A stretch of 62,993 bases of DNA, filler included, from Basidioascus undulatus (taxonomy: Eukaryota): NCBI GenBank assembly GCA_000826855.1. It is 5 parts of 5 records of this genome, joined end to end, with 100 filler letters (N's around TTAATTAATTAA, not from the genome) between each part and the next. Parts side by side here need not be neighbours in the genome. Positions count along the whole stretch, not along the records: positions 1 to 28,913 come from JTLS01000139.1; 4 more parts are not named here. One strand, 5' to 3'. The notes below the pieces were generated by a model. It was not told the DNA's origin and ran no database searches. It saw only the letters and a list, made by a program, of their open reading frames with translations. Position numbers and translations under genes: made by a program. Position 1 is the first letter of the stretch. Every line of letters starts with the position of its first letter. Shown in pieces: positions 11,701-25,283 of the stretch.

Positions 11701-13861
11701 TCATGCATCCGCTGGCTCAACTAGCTGGTCGCCCTCCGCCTCGGAGGCTGCGAACTTCTGCATCGTCTCGTCCGGCTTGCGCAACCAGGCCACGTCGCGC
11801 TGCCAGAACCGCGTGTACCCCTCCTGCCGCAGCCAGTCTGTAATCGTGTCCACCCACTCCTGCTCAAGCCAGGGCCCGAGCACATGAAGGTTCTCGCCGT
11901 ACCCCTTCTCTGCGACGCGCTTTTGCCATTCGTCCCGCATCGCCGACTGCGAAGGAAGACGAGCTGCGCCAGACCAACGGCGGCAATGGCATGTGAGGAG
12001 TACTCGAAAGCGTTGAACGTAACAGTGTTGATAGCTGCGGATCAAATGTCAATTTGATCTGTGGATGTAGCTGGGGAAACGAGCGTACGCAGTCCACTAC
12101 GAAAGACCCGTTGAGTCAGCCAGTCCCTCGTATGCTCCGCTCTTAGGTGCGTGAACTCACACGAATGCCAGAGTAGGGTCAGGATAGTAGAACGTGTCGA
12201 GATAGACTGTAGCTGGTAACTGTAAGAGCGTGAAGGTTTCTCTTACACAACCGACGCACGATGATGGTGAGCATGCCCGTCCGTAAGGATGACCTCCTCT
12301 TTATCGGTCGGAGCGAGACCTCCCTTCGGTGACGGTGGGGAGGTCGGCAAGTCATAAGTGAAAGAGTCGAGGAAGGGCCGGCTGAAGAGGTAGCCTGTAG
12401 TGACAGTCAGTGGATGAACGTTAGACTGGAGTCTGGGCGTGAACGAAACACACGTACCGGTGGAGAAAATGACATGGTCGATATCTCCCAGAACAACACC
12501 GTCGACCAGAACGATTTTGCCATTTTCCGGCTCGAATCGCGCTATCTCCGCCACTTGTTCCACTTCGGCAGGGATGCTCGACCGCTGCAGCGCCCGGAGG
12601 CGCTTATAGAGGTCCGCGCCGTCGACTTGGGGCTTGAGCGATTGGTAGACCTTCTTGGCGTGCGGGCTGCATGTACTTGCAATGGGGCTCAGCATGGGGA
12701 TACGACTTGAACTCGCCTCAGAAACGCACTGAAGCTCCTTGACGATGTCCAGCCCGGATGTGCCGCAGCCGACGACGAGGATGTTCTGCACCGGCGACTG
12801 TCAGATCTGAATTGAGAGGCTTTGTGGGACAGACTTACCTGATTAGCGAACACATTCGGCCTTCGGTACGCTTTCGAGTGCGAGATGGACTCTGCTCGCT
12901 TTGCTTGCCACTCGACGAGGCCTTCGATGTTTGGCACGAAGGGCGCAGAGTAGTGACCCGCCGCGACCAGCACGGCGTCGAAGTCCTAATCGTCATAATC
13001 AGCTTCATAAGCAAAAAGATCATGCAAATAAAAGCTCATATACCTCGAACCACCACTTGATCTTGACCTTGCCCTCGCGGTCCGCGACGCTCTCCAGCTT
13101 TCGCAACCAAACCCGCCAGCCCTCGCGCTCGCCCGTCGGTCCGAAGCGAGGCTCGACCCGCTCAACACGCGTATCGTACGAGACGAGGTCCTTGAGATTA
13201 AAGTGGGACGCGTAGCTGTGCAGATACGCGGTGATGTCCGCGTATGGGATGATGTCCTCGGTGCCCGGGGGCCACGGGAAGTCTTGAAACTGCAAGGTGC
13301 ATCGAGGCGTCAGTACGACAGCCCTGTGCTTCGTGCGACGGGCGAAGGAACTCACCTTCAGGAGTGAAGTAGGCACATTATTCTTCAGACTATTGTACAC
13401 CGGGTTCGGTGGAGAGTGGTCAACCCGGAGAGCACGGTCGTCCTCGCGAACCTCCTCGTACGGCAACGTCACGCCGGCAGGCGGGAGCGAAGGAATGTAG
13501 TCGGCAATGCTGGAGGGACGAGTAGGAATGGTTGGAGGAGGCGCCTGGTCGTAATTTGGCGCGTTCCAGATGCCGCCCTGACAAAAGTGGTCTGCAGGTC
13601 AGCACTGAATCCGTACAGAGAATGAGAGAACCAAGAGCACCGGGACAGACTGCCTCTCAAACACCCTCACGTTCAGGCCTACCTCCCTCAGGAATCGAGC
13701 AGCGGGGAGCTTTACAAGTGCGGTAGTCATCAGCAAGGGCCCTCTTCTTGAGTGTTGACAAGCCAACTTACACCAGAGGGGCCTGCGCCGACGACAGCAA
13801 CGTCCCGGATTGGGTGCTCGAAACGAAAGGGCTCGCTCGCAGGTGAGTTTGTAGAGAACAT
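11701..13861 (-). CDS. Flavin-containing monooxygenase (FMO-like)
   Basis: N-terminal FAD motif VAVVGAGPSG, PVYNSLKNNVP, VAAGHYSAPFVPNIEG, FMO signature-like ISHSKAYRRP, NADPH motif ILVVGCGTSG, D-x-VIFSTGY. Multi-exon. Confidence 0.92.
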
Positions 13862-14604
13862 GTTAGCAGTGAGGAGTAGTGACGGAATGTGAAAGGATTC
13901 AGATGGTGGCCGAAGAAAGGCTCAGTAACGTTTTGCGTCCACCTTTAAACTGAGATAGCGGGCGGCCCGGTACACTGATGGCGCTGTACCATCTAGAATT
14001 GTGTAAGCAAGCACGTCATTGCCCATAGATCTTGCATAGAGGCTCTCGCACCTCCTCGCGCAGGTGGACCTTGTGCCCTTCCAGCGATACCCGTTCATAA
14101 ATATTTTGTTAAGCGAGCTGTATGTGTGCATCGAAAGGATCCAGTCGCCAGCAAACGACATCCGCTCGGACAGATGCTGCCTGCTCCCCGCCGGAGTTCT
14201 CAACTGGGTCGTGATTGACGAGGTCATGACGAACTTCAACTGAGCATGGAGCGTTGGATAACTATGAATAATCGCACTGATTCGGGAAGACGACAGAATG
14301 CAGCCGTGTCGGCCGAATGGGATGCTACAGTACGAACGGGTCCTCAAACAGGTTCCCGACGGCCTCCGCTTTCTGTAAGTGCGTGTGCGCGGTGTATGTG
14401 TACAACTTCAGCCTCTACACCAGGATATACCCGGCTCGATGGCTTTATGTAAGTCTATCTGCGACACTCCTCATAAGCACTCGGGACGAGTGCGCCTCCT
14501 TTCGAAGACACCATTACAAGTAGAATTGAGCGAGGGCAAGGAATCTAGTGATCATCATGACATTACACAGGCATTGTTCCAACTCGTTAAGACGCATACA
14601 GTCC

Positions 14605-16228
14605 TCAAGAGGGTATCATTTGGAGTGCTGGACCCAAAGGCCCCGTGGACAACTTGACGAAGGAAGAGTTACGATAAGCAAACCGTCGCCGTCGCCCCAA
14701 CGATTCAATTGAACGCACCTGGCACTCTTTCACAATGTGGTACCACCAGCAGTCAGTTTGACCTGGCACCGATGAAAGGGGTACGTGAGATGAATGTTCA
14801 ATAAGCTTAGAAAGAAACGTGGTGTGCGCACCGTTGTTGCCCCAGTACCCCTCGTAGGCGAGCCAGTTCGTGCTGCCGGAGTAATCGCTGCCGTTGTGGA
14901 ACAACAGCACATTGTTCCAGGTGTCCCATGAAACCCCGTCGTCGGAAGTGTGGTCAGTAAGCTTCACGATCTCAACGACCTGTTGTGGTGGTGGAGCAAA
15001 TCAGTCAATGGGGCAGTCAGGCAGCGTGCGTAACACGTAAGGACTCCTCACATTCACGTAGTCCTGTGGCAAGACTGTTAGTTCAGCTTCTGCGAGTTAC
15101 GCTCAAACTTGATGACCCACATGGTCGCCGGCAGTTGACCACATGCCATGAGAACCTTCGGCGGTGTAAACGACGGGGTGGGTGCCTTTGACCTTGGCGA
15201 CTGCTGAATCGTCCCAATCCAAGGTACCTTCCCCATTCCCGCCGCTGTCTGAAGCGTACCCGGATCAGAGAAAAGTCCTTGTTGAGTTCAGAAGATTTTA
15301 AAGGCGCACGGGCAAAATATTCGATCTGGTCATCAATGACTGCGGTTAGCAATACAGTCGCCGGGGACAGTACGACAACCTACCTCCTTCGGAGCGCTGT
15401 TCGCAAAGCGGATGCGGACGCGTTCTAGGAGAAGGCCATATGAGCACCCAAACTACTTCTACTGAGAGTCAAACTGACCCCAGTCTCCCACATGATTGCC
15501 TACATAGTTCGTCACGCCGAGCGGGTCAACCTGGATCTCGGTCAACGTCAGAGTCGAAAGGCAGGAATGTGTTCGTCCTACCAACCTTCTTCCCAAGGTT
15601 GTAGGGGAAAAACACCCAGTAGTAGGCATCACTGCAGTCATTTAAAGACTCTTTCAGCGGTGCTGCGTCCGCTATAAGCAGGAAAACATACACGGTGCCG
15701 TTCTTGTGGTCGGCCACGATGGCATACATTGGCGTGTCCGAGTTCGGCTCGCTTGCCCGCAAGTAAGCATATTCGTCAGAGAGCCGCCCAACGCCATCCG
15801 GAAGCGGCGTCCCTCCCACGCTGAGATAAGTCTCGTTTGCAACTTGGCCCAGGTTCGATGCGGCAAGTGGGCTCGGCTGCGCGACGTTCGCGTTGTCGCT
15901 GTCTTTCACCTGGACGTATGAGAGGAAATACTCGATTCTGCGAGGATCAAGAGACAGTCGTCAATACGGACAAACACTTGGAAATAAAAAGGGAGACGAA
16001 CGTGGAAGGCCAATACTTTTCGTTCGGCGCGAAGCGGATTTGAGGCGCGTACTGCCGCACGAGGCTGTCGATGTCGCTGATGTCGGACAGGCTGCCTTAG
16101 CGACACAGTGAAGTTGCGCACACAACCGTTACACCTCCAACTCACTCGCGCTTAATGGGTGTGCTCCCGGCCAAAAGGACCGTCCCAAGCGTGATCGAAG
16201 CTGAAGCAGCAAAAGAAAGGAAGTGCAT
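14605..16228 (-). CDS. Secreted Vps62-like protein
   Basis: Signal peptide MHFLSFAASASITLGTVLLAGSTPIKR, then YYWVFFPYNLGK, VGNHVGDW, HGNYA and WLAYEGYWGN motifs typical of the Vps62 family. Many short introns. Confidence 0.8.
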
Positions 16229-17113
16229 ACCGACGCCGAGCGAGAGGTAACGCCCCAGCTCGGACAGTGCGCAGCGAGGCGGTGAGGTTGGAGGTCTGGA
16301 GATTGGGCTCTCGCTCGAACCGGGCTCCTCTATATAAGACCCCAGACTAGATTTGGCGCGGCGAGACGTGCGCTGATCCGGAAGTGGCACGCTATCATGC
16401 TGGCGCGTTTATGAAGCAGCGCAGCCAAAGTCTGCAAACAGGGGGCCTCTGTGGTCGCGCACGTGCAGACATTCCCTGTAACGCTCGAGGCGTGCGGGTT
16501 TCAATGCGTAGATGGTCAGATGAAGGAGTTAATATCTACTTCAATAGAGCAGTAGCGTTCATAGAAGACACCCTTGTCCAAAGTCCCGTTCAGCGCAAGG
16601 GAGAGGGAGGGCTGAACGCGGACAGGCTGCGAGAACGTGCCTCCTGGAGTCACCCTACACTACGACCGCATGCTTCGCGCCGCTTGCGCACGAACCACCC
16701 ACTCTTCACCAGTTCTGGGACGCGTGGACATCGAAAGGCAGACCTCAGGCCGCACTGCATGTCTCGCTTGGACGCGCGGTGCCCAGAAGCAGGCAAGCAG
16801 AGCAGTCGCCAACGAACGGCACATCAGGGTTGAGGCAATCTTGTTGTCGGAGCAATATTTCTGCTATCAAGAATGGTACAAATACAGGGGTGGGCCAGGG
16901 ACGATGCAACAAAGACATGCGCCAAGCGGTATGCCGAAGGAGGAGGGGAGGGAGGGGTCGGGCGGGGTAGGCAGCAAGCGAAGGTGATGCAAATGAAGGG
17001 AGTGAGGTTATGACACAGTGCGGCGTGGGGTAAATTAATCGAAGCGGGATCCGATGAGAAATGCAAGACCCATCAAACGAGAAGCCCAGAAATGGAAATG
17101 GAGAAGGGGAGGA

Positions 17114-19478
17114 TTAGAGAGCGAGCGCGGCGCTCAGGAGAGCACCGACGAATAGGAGCGAGGAGGTGTATGATAATGAGGAGGCGGAGTTGCCGCCGGT
17201 AAAATGCGCTTCGGTCGCCGTTTGGTCGCAGACGCCCGAGCCGTGGTACAGCTCGGTCTCAAGCAGTACCTAGAAGAGCGGGGACGCGCGTCAGAAGAGG
17301 TGGCGAGGCGGTATGGGGGAGCACTGTCGACAAATACTCACTTGGGGGTGTCCACCGTTCTTCCAGTTGACGAGGACAGAGTTGCCTGAGCCGACAGGGT
17401 AGCGCGTGCAGGTGAGGGCGCTGTACGTCGACCGGCTCAGTTCAGCACGCAACGCATTGTGCACGTCAAGATGGGGAGGGAACACGCACTCAGTCAAGCT
17501 CGAGCCAGAGCCGTAGATGGTGTCGAGCACGGCGATGTTGGCGTCGGCGGGCGGGCTCCCACGATTGCTGAGAACCAGGAGAAGCGGGCCCTTCTGGAGC
17601 GCGACGTCCTGGTCGGTGTGCGTGAGGACCTGCGTCGGCGAGGACAGGAACTCCGGGTGGTTGTTGATGAGGAATGTGCGCAGCTTGTTCAGCCGCGCGA
17701 CGAGCTGGTACCGCGTCGTGTTGGCGTAGTTCGTCGGCCAGAGCGGCTCGCGGTTCAGAGGGTCCGCGATGCCTGTCAGGTCCTGCTCGCCGCCTGGAGA
17801 ATCGAGTTTATGAGCTGACATGGACTGGTGGCGAGAAGAAGGGGAGAGGAATGCTTACCGTAGTAGGTAATGGGGATTCCGTCCGTGAGGAACTGGAACG
17901 TCAAGGCGTTGTTGTAGTTGATGGGGTCAACCTGCAACGCCGGTGCCGATGTAAGTCACAAGCGCAGTGCTGCAGAAAATGAAGGCATTACGCACAGTGT
18001 GGTTCATCCAGCGCGCGACGTCGTGGCACTCGAGGAAGCTGCCGAGCACGGACGGGTCGGCGAAGTCGCGCTGGACGTCGCCGATCATGTCGACGAGCGC
18101 GGAGGTGTTCCCGCCCGGATTCCTGAAGCCCTGGACGGTCTGAAAGTGGAGCGGGTAGTTGAGGACGCTGTCGAGCGAGTCCGAGGATTGGTACTCGGAC
18201 GTCGAGGCCGTGTCGCCGTTGAACACCTAGAAACAGCAAGGCCGGTAGCGGCGTTCAGTCGGGGCTGTCACGCTTTGATGCGAAGTGCGAGATGGTAGCA
18301 TGTACCTCGCCGATACAGAAGACGCCCGCAGATTTGCAGAAGGGTCCCCAGAAGTCTTTCCGGATATGCTTCGCAGCTGCGAGGCGACGACTGTAAGCGG
18401 CCGTTTCGCGCGGGACATTCCTGGACGACATACCATCGATACGCAGCCCGTCGACTTTGTAGGTGTCGACGAAGTCGGCGATCCAGGAATTGAACGTCGA
18501 GATCACTTCGGGGTTCTCCGTGTTGACGTCCGCCAGGGGTAGCTTGTCGTCGCCCATCCAGCACAGCTCTTCAGAAGTCTGCACAGGCGTCGCCGTCCGG
18601 TAAGTCGTTGGCTCTCCATTTCGCGCACCGAGATCGGCTCCACACAACGCACCGTATTAGAGTATTCGATCTCGCAGTACGGGTGGTAGTCCAAGTTTGA
18701 GGTGAACTCGTCGCCCGAGTAGTCGGTGTTGGGCGGGAGCGCGTTGACCGCCACGTGGTTGACGACGATGTCGACCATGAGGTACATGTTGCGCGCGTGC
18801 AGAGCATCCGAAAGCTTTTTGAGCTCGTCATTGGTGCCGAAGTGCTCGTTGGGCTCGAAGATGTTGACGGGCCAGTATCCTGAAGAGGGGTGAAACGCCG
18901 AGGCAACCATCAAACACTGTGCGCGTGACCTCGCCTGGCCTCGCTCCTCCCAGATGCGCCCCACAGCCAGAGACAGGATGCTCACCGTGGTACCCCTCTC
19001 CGCTAAAGACGCGCACAGAAAGTTCGCATCAGTGCCGAGCCCGCTGGGCGGAAGAGAGAGGGGAGGGAAACACGCACTATGCAGTGCGCCCTTGGTACCC
19101 CTTCACGGTCGGACTGATCCAGATGGCGCTGAAGCCCATGCCCTGCAGCGAATCCCCTTTAACCTCCAAGCCCCCAAAGCGGTAATGGCAATGGAGACGC
19201 ACCTGGATGTAGTCGAGCTTGTCAATGATACCAGTGTACGTGCCCCCGCAATACCGTTGATCCCGGGGGTCGCAGTCCGAGGTGACGCCTGGCGGCAGTG
19301 CGAATCGCTGAGAACGCGCGAATCAGCTGCGATTCCTCCACTCATAAACAACATTTTGTCGCACGTCGGTCAGGATCTGGTAGATGGATTTTGTTCGCCA
19401 GTCGTCGGCGCCGGCGGCGCGGACTGGAGATGCCGGTAGGGCAAGTGCGGCAAGTGCGAGGAGGGCGGTTGGCAGCAT
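17114..19478 (-). CDS. GH13 fungal alpha-amylase-like protein with signal peptide and GPI-like C-terminus
   Basis: [14 protein letters not shown]...[83 protein letters not shown]. Ends ...[27 protein letters not shown]. Confidence 0.93.
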
Positions 19479-20899
19479 GGCTGAAAGAGTCGCGGCGGTC
19501 GGATGAGGGCGTCGGGAGGGTGTGCGACTGCCGATGGAGTGTATCGGGGAGTCGTGGGGCTGCGAGAGGCGGCTAAGGGCGGTGTTGAACGAGCGACGGC
19601 AGGTGGGCGGCAGGGTGTAACGAGCGTGGGGGTCGTAGCCGGGTCGGCTGACCAGATTATGAGAGCTGCAGTCGGAGGATTATGGGTCGAAGAGTAGATG
19701 TATTTCTGAGGAGAGACTAGGGCCTGCAGCGGTGCATGGGCGTAGGGCGGCGGGGCAGGGTGCTGGGAGGAGGAGGAAGAGTGCAGAAGGAGAGGGGCCA
19801 GAAAAGGCAAGGCTGAGGCGCCTCATGGCTCAAAGTGCAGGCGTGCACGAGAAGGCGAAGGCGCGTGCCGAGGATCGCAGGCTCGGCCGCCAGTCCAAGT
19901 CGCGTTCCTGGTTGCCGTCCGAAATATAATAACTCCTCACGTGGTTTTCCCCTCTTCCAGATGGAGTACGCCGCACTTTGGCTCCTCACACCCCCACCGT
20001 TGCGCAATGCAGACTGGCGTTCGAGCACACTACGCAGTGCCCATTCAGTTGTAGAATCGCTCATTACAGCCTTGACACCCGCAACGCCACTGGACTAGAC
20101 ACCTCGCGAAGAAGCAGCGGACGCGAAAAGAAAATGGAATTGAGCAACAACGTCCAAAATTGGACCGACATTGAGAAGTGTGGGGCTCCGAGCTTGAATG
20201 CGCCTCGCCAGCCTCGCTGTTGATTGTCCGTCAACAACAGTTATTTCATCCCCAGGCAACACCTGTCAACACCCTTCAATTTCTTCATGGAACGCTCTCT
20301 TATGTTGAAAATACAAGACTTATCGAATTAATTATCGTCTTTCAATCTGTGTACAGCAGCCAGCAACGTCGCGTTTGCAGATAAAGAGAGCTGCAGGATG
20401 CTGCACTGGCGGTAGTCCTTCGCGGAGTCGCTCTCGGCCCGCCTCCCAAGCTATATCGTACAGACCAGGTTTGGGTCGGACCGGTTCCTGCCTGTGCGTG
20501 TGCGTCCGCCGTACCTCCTGGTATGATATACACTTGCAGACTCGAGCAGCCGCGAGCCTCGTGGTCTGCCGTCGGCATAATTTTCGCTAGCTTCACGCTC
20601 TACACGCTTCCCTTCCCGCATCTTCGAGCTGGGACCCCAAGTTCCGCATAGGGCCTGTAACGAGAGAGGAACACATTGGAGCACATGTGCCACCGTACGT
20701 GTGCAGTACGTGCACGATGTTGCAGGAGCGCGACGACGATGTCGATCAAAGGTGCAAGGCGTGCCGAGCGAAGCTGGCGCTCGTCCAAGCCCATCCGGCA
20801 GCTTTCGGAGGGATCATAGCGGAAATGCACGGCGGGGCACGCAGTGCGGACGCGCAAACGAGCGCAATGTCCCCGCCGTATAGGAGGTGCGACGGACAC

Positions 20900-21705
20900 C
20901 TTAAAACAGTAATGGCAGAGGCATAAGCAATACTACCGAGATCGCGACCTCCGCTGACCTCTACGACTCGTCGACTTCCCTCCACCAACGTCGTCGTAGA
21001 ACTTCCAGCAGACGCAGCGGCCAAGCTACCTTGCCGAACGCTCACCCAGAAGCCTCGAAGCCCAGGTCGATAATGGAACTGTATCCCAGAATTACCAAAA
21101 GTACCAGCCGGATTGACCGAGCGGAGGTCTAGCCAGTCGATGTTCTCCGTCGGGTGACCGCGAGGGTCAGTCAAGTTGGCTCGGCGCGTGAGAGTCGTGT
21201 AGGCGCTCGCGACGCCGGTGCTAGGGGAATAGTCGAATTTGGGTCATCGTGATCCCTCCTTTTTAACGTATGCTTCCCAAACTCACCGTGGCGTTGAACG
21301 TCACACACGTGTGCAGACCCAGCGGCTGAATGACCTTTGCGCCTAATGGATGATCCAGAACGACAGAGTACCCCACAGCCTTCACGTCGTGGACGTTGTC
21401 CTGGATCATGTGAATAGTCGTATGATCCAAGCAGGACAGATCGTACAAGTCCGCCACGGCGCCGATCGAGGCGTACTTCGACGTGGTCGTGGAGCAGGTG
21501 TAGTTCTGCGTGCCCAAGCCGAGCGTGGCAGCGACGAAGGAGGCGCCAGAGAGGCGGGGACGTTCGGAAGGGCCGACTGTAAATTCCAAAGTGGGCAGTA
21601 GGAGAGGCCCTCCGAAGGAGTGAAGGTCTGGGGGTAGGCAGGAACGCCCGAGGCGAGGAGGACGACAAAGAGGGACGTGACGGGAGCGATCATGGGGGCA
21701 AGCAT
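20900..21705 (-). pseudogene. DUF3455-family secreted protein, probably frameshifted
   Basis: The signal-peptide frame (MLAPMIAPVTSLFVVLLASG...LAPPS) differs from the frame carrying ATLGLGTQNYTC...SIGAVADLYDLSC, with no convincing intron between them. ENIDWLDL lies downstream. The 3' boundary is approximate. Confidence 0.65.
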
Positions 21706-23021
21706 TGTTGGGAGGGTCAAATCGACTTGAGATAATTTGGGAAACTTGAGCTGAATAAGCGGCCTTATGTACAAGGGAAGGCGTGGGGCTAAAAAGCTAC
21801 CGTCCGTTTCGTATGCAGTGCTCTCGCGCACAGTTGAGCAGGGTTCAAAGATTGGCCCCTTGATCTTCCTCTTATAAAAGGATCAAAAGCCGTTTCAGAC
21901 GCGTTCAAAGAATACACACATGAGGGCGGACGTTCGGAACGGAGGCTGTGGAACTCGAAGCGCACTTTGGGGCACCGCCTCGTGTACAGGACTAAGATGT
22001 CCATAAGACATGGAAGGTGCCCTTCCGCAATTTATGAGTGCTTTGAGATTAAGCGTCAGCCCAAGAAGATCCGAAGGTGAAACCCACAGGAGGCGGAAAC
22101 AGTGTCGCTCCTCTGCTCCGTATACCCCAACACAGCGCCAGTTAAAAGTGTACAGCAGGCTAAGTCTTCACTTCACATGTATATAGACTCAGCACACCTC
22201 AAGAAAATTTTCAGCTATACGCGACTTCCAACTCAGAGGGCAAGCACGCAAAGGCTGACACAGCTGTCGCACCGAGGACAATGCACCCGGTTAATACGAG
22301 CCCTTGAGAGTCATGATTGCGGACCGCCCGCACAAACCCATTAAGTGGAGTCAGTGGAGTCATCTCCCAGCATTTCAAGAGGGTCACCGAAGGATACTCG
22401 ATACGCACATTTGCCAGAGTCCCAGGCAACTTGTAAGGTGCCCTACACCGTTCCAGCCGGTGTGGTACGAGGCGGCAGCGATCTGCGAGGGGTTCGAATT
22501 TCACCTTCGCTTTGATCGCCTCAGACATTAACAGGCTTTTGAATGACTTCCTGCAGTTTTGACTCGCAGCTTCAGGCGTTCCGGCGCCGCATGTACGGTG
22601 TCGATGACAGTGTCGATGCTCGTCGCAGTGTTGGAAGCAAGCCCTAAGAAGGGGAGCGGCCCTGTCCCCTATGGCCCCAGCTTAGACCCATTGTCGCCCC
22701 ACGTGCGGAAAAGGAATGTTACCGTGGTGTAAATACAAGGAATAGAGACCCTCACCCATAGTCAGACCCACGCCCGTGAATGGGACTGCATCCCCTGCTT
22801 GCTGCTGCGCTCCAACCTCCTTCCAAGCCCGCTCGCCAGTCTAATCAGGCCCTCTAGGAAAGCAATTTTTACAGGCATTGGAGGAATGCACAACTAGGTA
22901 AATGTATCTTGTGTGGGTATTCAAATCACATATGGCACTCGAGCCGCCCCTTCAACTTTTGCAACATCCTCGTTCCTGCCCGAAACGCAGCGGAAGATGT
23001 TGCAACCTAATATGACAAGAA

Positions 23022-24787
23022 TTAGGCAGCCGAGACGTAAGGATCCTCAAAGTATGGCCTCCAGTGTTTCTCTACGACCTGTTCCAACGTTGCTCGATCA
23101 GCACAAACACGATTCTCGTCGATGATTCAGGCCTTGACTCACCGCCTTATGACTCCTCGCGATACCCCCCCATGCCGCCTGTCCGTAGACATCTCTCCAA
23201 AGGTCACCGTCCGGCACTTCGCTCGTAACGCTCTGCTTCGTGTGCACACGAAGCTCCGCGCGAAGATCCGCTTCAGGAATGGGCGAGAGCTTGGACGACA
23301 GAATAGGGTTGTAGAAGAAGGGGATCGAATGTCGCGTGAGGGAGGAGGTGTTGCTCAGAACTCGATGAGTCTGCTGGGTGGGCGTGTCACGATATGAGGG
23401 GACGTGCAAAGAGGAAATGCCATCAGAAACGCACAGTGGCAGGATAGAGTCCCCGCGAGAGGAGCTCGATCTGCTGCCCTACATTGACGACCTGTCATAT
23501 GTAAGTTGTCAGCTACCCAGACCGCGTGCGGAACCAAGGAAGAAAAGGCGTTACGCACAAAGTGGTACGGGAGCGGCTTCACAGGCACCCACTGGCCATC
23601 CCAGTTCTGCACCTGCAGCCCGCCGGTGTCGTCCTGAGCGAGAAGCGTAAGAATGCCGCCGTCGCGATGCGCCTGATCATCCACGAACCAGGCAGTTAGT
23701 TAGGAAAGTGCAAGGGGTACTACGCTTCTGGACGCACCCCAACTCCAAGTCCGTGCAAAGGCGCAGACCCGAGTCCGTCCACGTCAATTCCTGGAGGCGG
23801 GTACGAGATTAATGCGGCTCGTTACAGACCCTATGGGACAGTACATACCGGTAGGCGGATACCGAACGAGCTTCATGCGGCTGCGGATAATCTGTTGGCA
23901 TAAGTCTCTCAGGCGTCAAGAGCACCGTTCACGCACGAGTATGGCACCTCGCCCGCATCGTTGCTCCTAAACAGGTCCCGTAGTCCCTCGTTGGCCGCCG
24001 TATTCGGTAGCGTGAGCGTATCGAAGATGGCGTTGACTATGAGGTCAGAGACGTGCGTCGCATGGGCGTGATACTCAAGAACAGTCTTGCCTGCATTCGT
24101 CGTTGACAACGCTTTGAGTAAGCGTTCTGGGAAGCATGCCACTAGGTGTCCGAATCAGCTTACGGAATCCGGGAAGCAAGTCGTCGCTCGGCAGCTGATT
24201 CGGACCGTACAACTGTAGATACAACGGGGCGCCCTGCTCCGGCGGGAACGGCGCGACGTACTCAGTCTCCGGGCCCTATATCCTCCAAGGTGAGTTGCTA
24301 AACGACCAATCAGACTAAGATCGCCTCCTCACAATGTCGATCTGATCTCTGGCACTGTTCAGTTAAGGCGTTGCCCTCGTCAGCATCCAGCGGCGGTGCG
24401 TATAAAAGTTCCGCACACACTCATTCGCGGCGGCCGTGATTTCCTCTTTAAACTCAGAGTAGCCCCTGAAGTTCCGCGAGTTGATTTTGTCGATCTGGCG
24501 GCGATGTTCAAGCGGTAGCGCGAAGAACTGCTTCGTCAAGTCGAAGAGGCGGTCGAGGAGCTCCCGTGGCAACAGCGACTCGAAGTCCTACACGAGTCGA
24601 CATCAGCACAATAAGACGTTTCTCCATCGCTCTTTATAAGACATACTTTAACGTAAAAGAATCCGACATGGAGCAAGATGTCCGTCAGCTGGAGACGCAG
24701 AGCTTCGCGCTCTTCCGCGGTGGACGTAGGCGAGAGCAGTGCCGCGAGGGACACGATCGGCAGCGAGGTGAACGATCCGAAAGCCAT
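23022..24787 (-). CDS. 2-oxoglutarate/Fe(II)-dependent dioxygenase (IPNS-like, DIOX_N + 2OG-FeII_Oxy)
   Basis: LPIVSL...VGFFYV, FFALPLE, FRGY, GPNQLP, GVGAHRDGGILTLLAQDDTGGLQV (HxD), VVNVG, THRV, RHSIPFFYNP (RxS). The exon phases I traced are consistent. Confidence 0.93.
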
Positions 24788-25283
24788 GATGGATCAGTAA
24801 GAGTAGGCTATGAAGATTTAACGAGAGTGATGCAGGTGATCGGTCGAGCAATATCTGATCAGTGTGTGCGGGTGAGGTGAGTGCAAACCCGGACTGTGCT
24901 TCGCTTGCCGGATGGGGCAAGCAGGGTAAGCGAGCACGTCATGCGATTAAAAGCCCAGCGCATCTGCATTCGTGCAACTAACGCAGCGGAGGTCCGACGC
25001 AAGAATGCACTGTGGTGTTCGCGTAGATTCACAGATGACGAAAAGGTAACCTTTTGAGCAGTCAAAGCCGGTGCACACCGATGACGTGGCACACACACCT
25101 AGCGTCTAATCCAAGTCGTTAGATATTTGCATGCGATTCGTGCAGTATGCATCACCCCAAGGCCAAGCAGGAAAATATAGACAGCAGACAACACGGTTGC
25201 AGAAGAGTTGGAAAGGCACGTGGGAAACGAGAGGGAGAGAATGAAGCGCGGATTGCAAAGGACTTTAAATGAAGAAAGTGATT

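Noticed and set aside
22485..22510. GGTTCGAATTTC B-box-like motif
   Set aside because: There is no T-stem pairing and no other tRNA element nearby.
11701..24787. FMO + 2OG-Fe(II) dioxygenase + neighbours as a secondary-metabolite cluster
   Set aside because: There is no backbone enzyme (PKS, NRPS, terpene synthase), transporter or intact regulator, and the intervening genes are unrelated secreted proteins.
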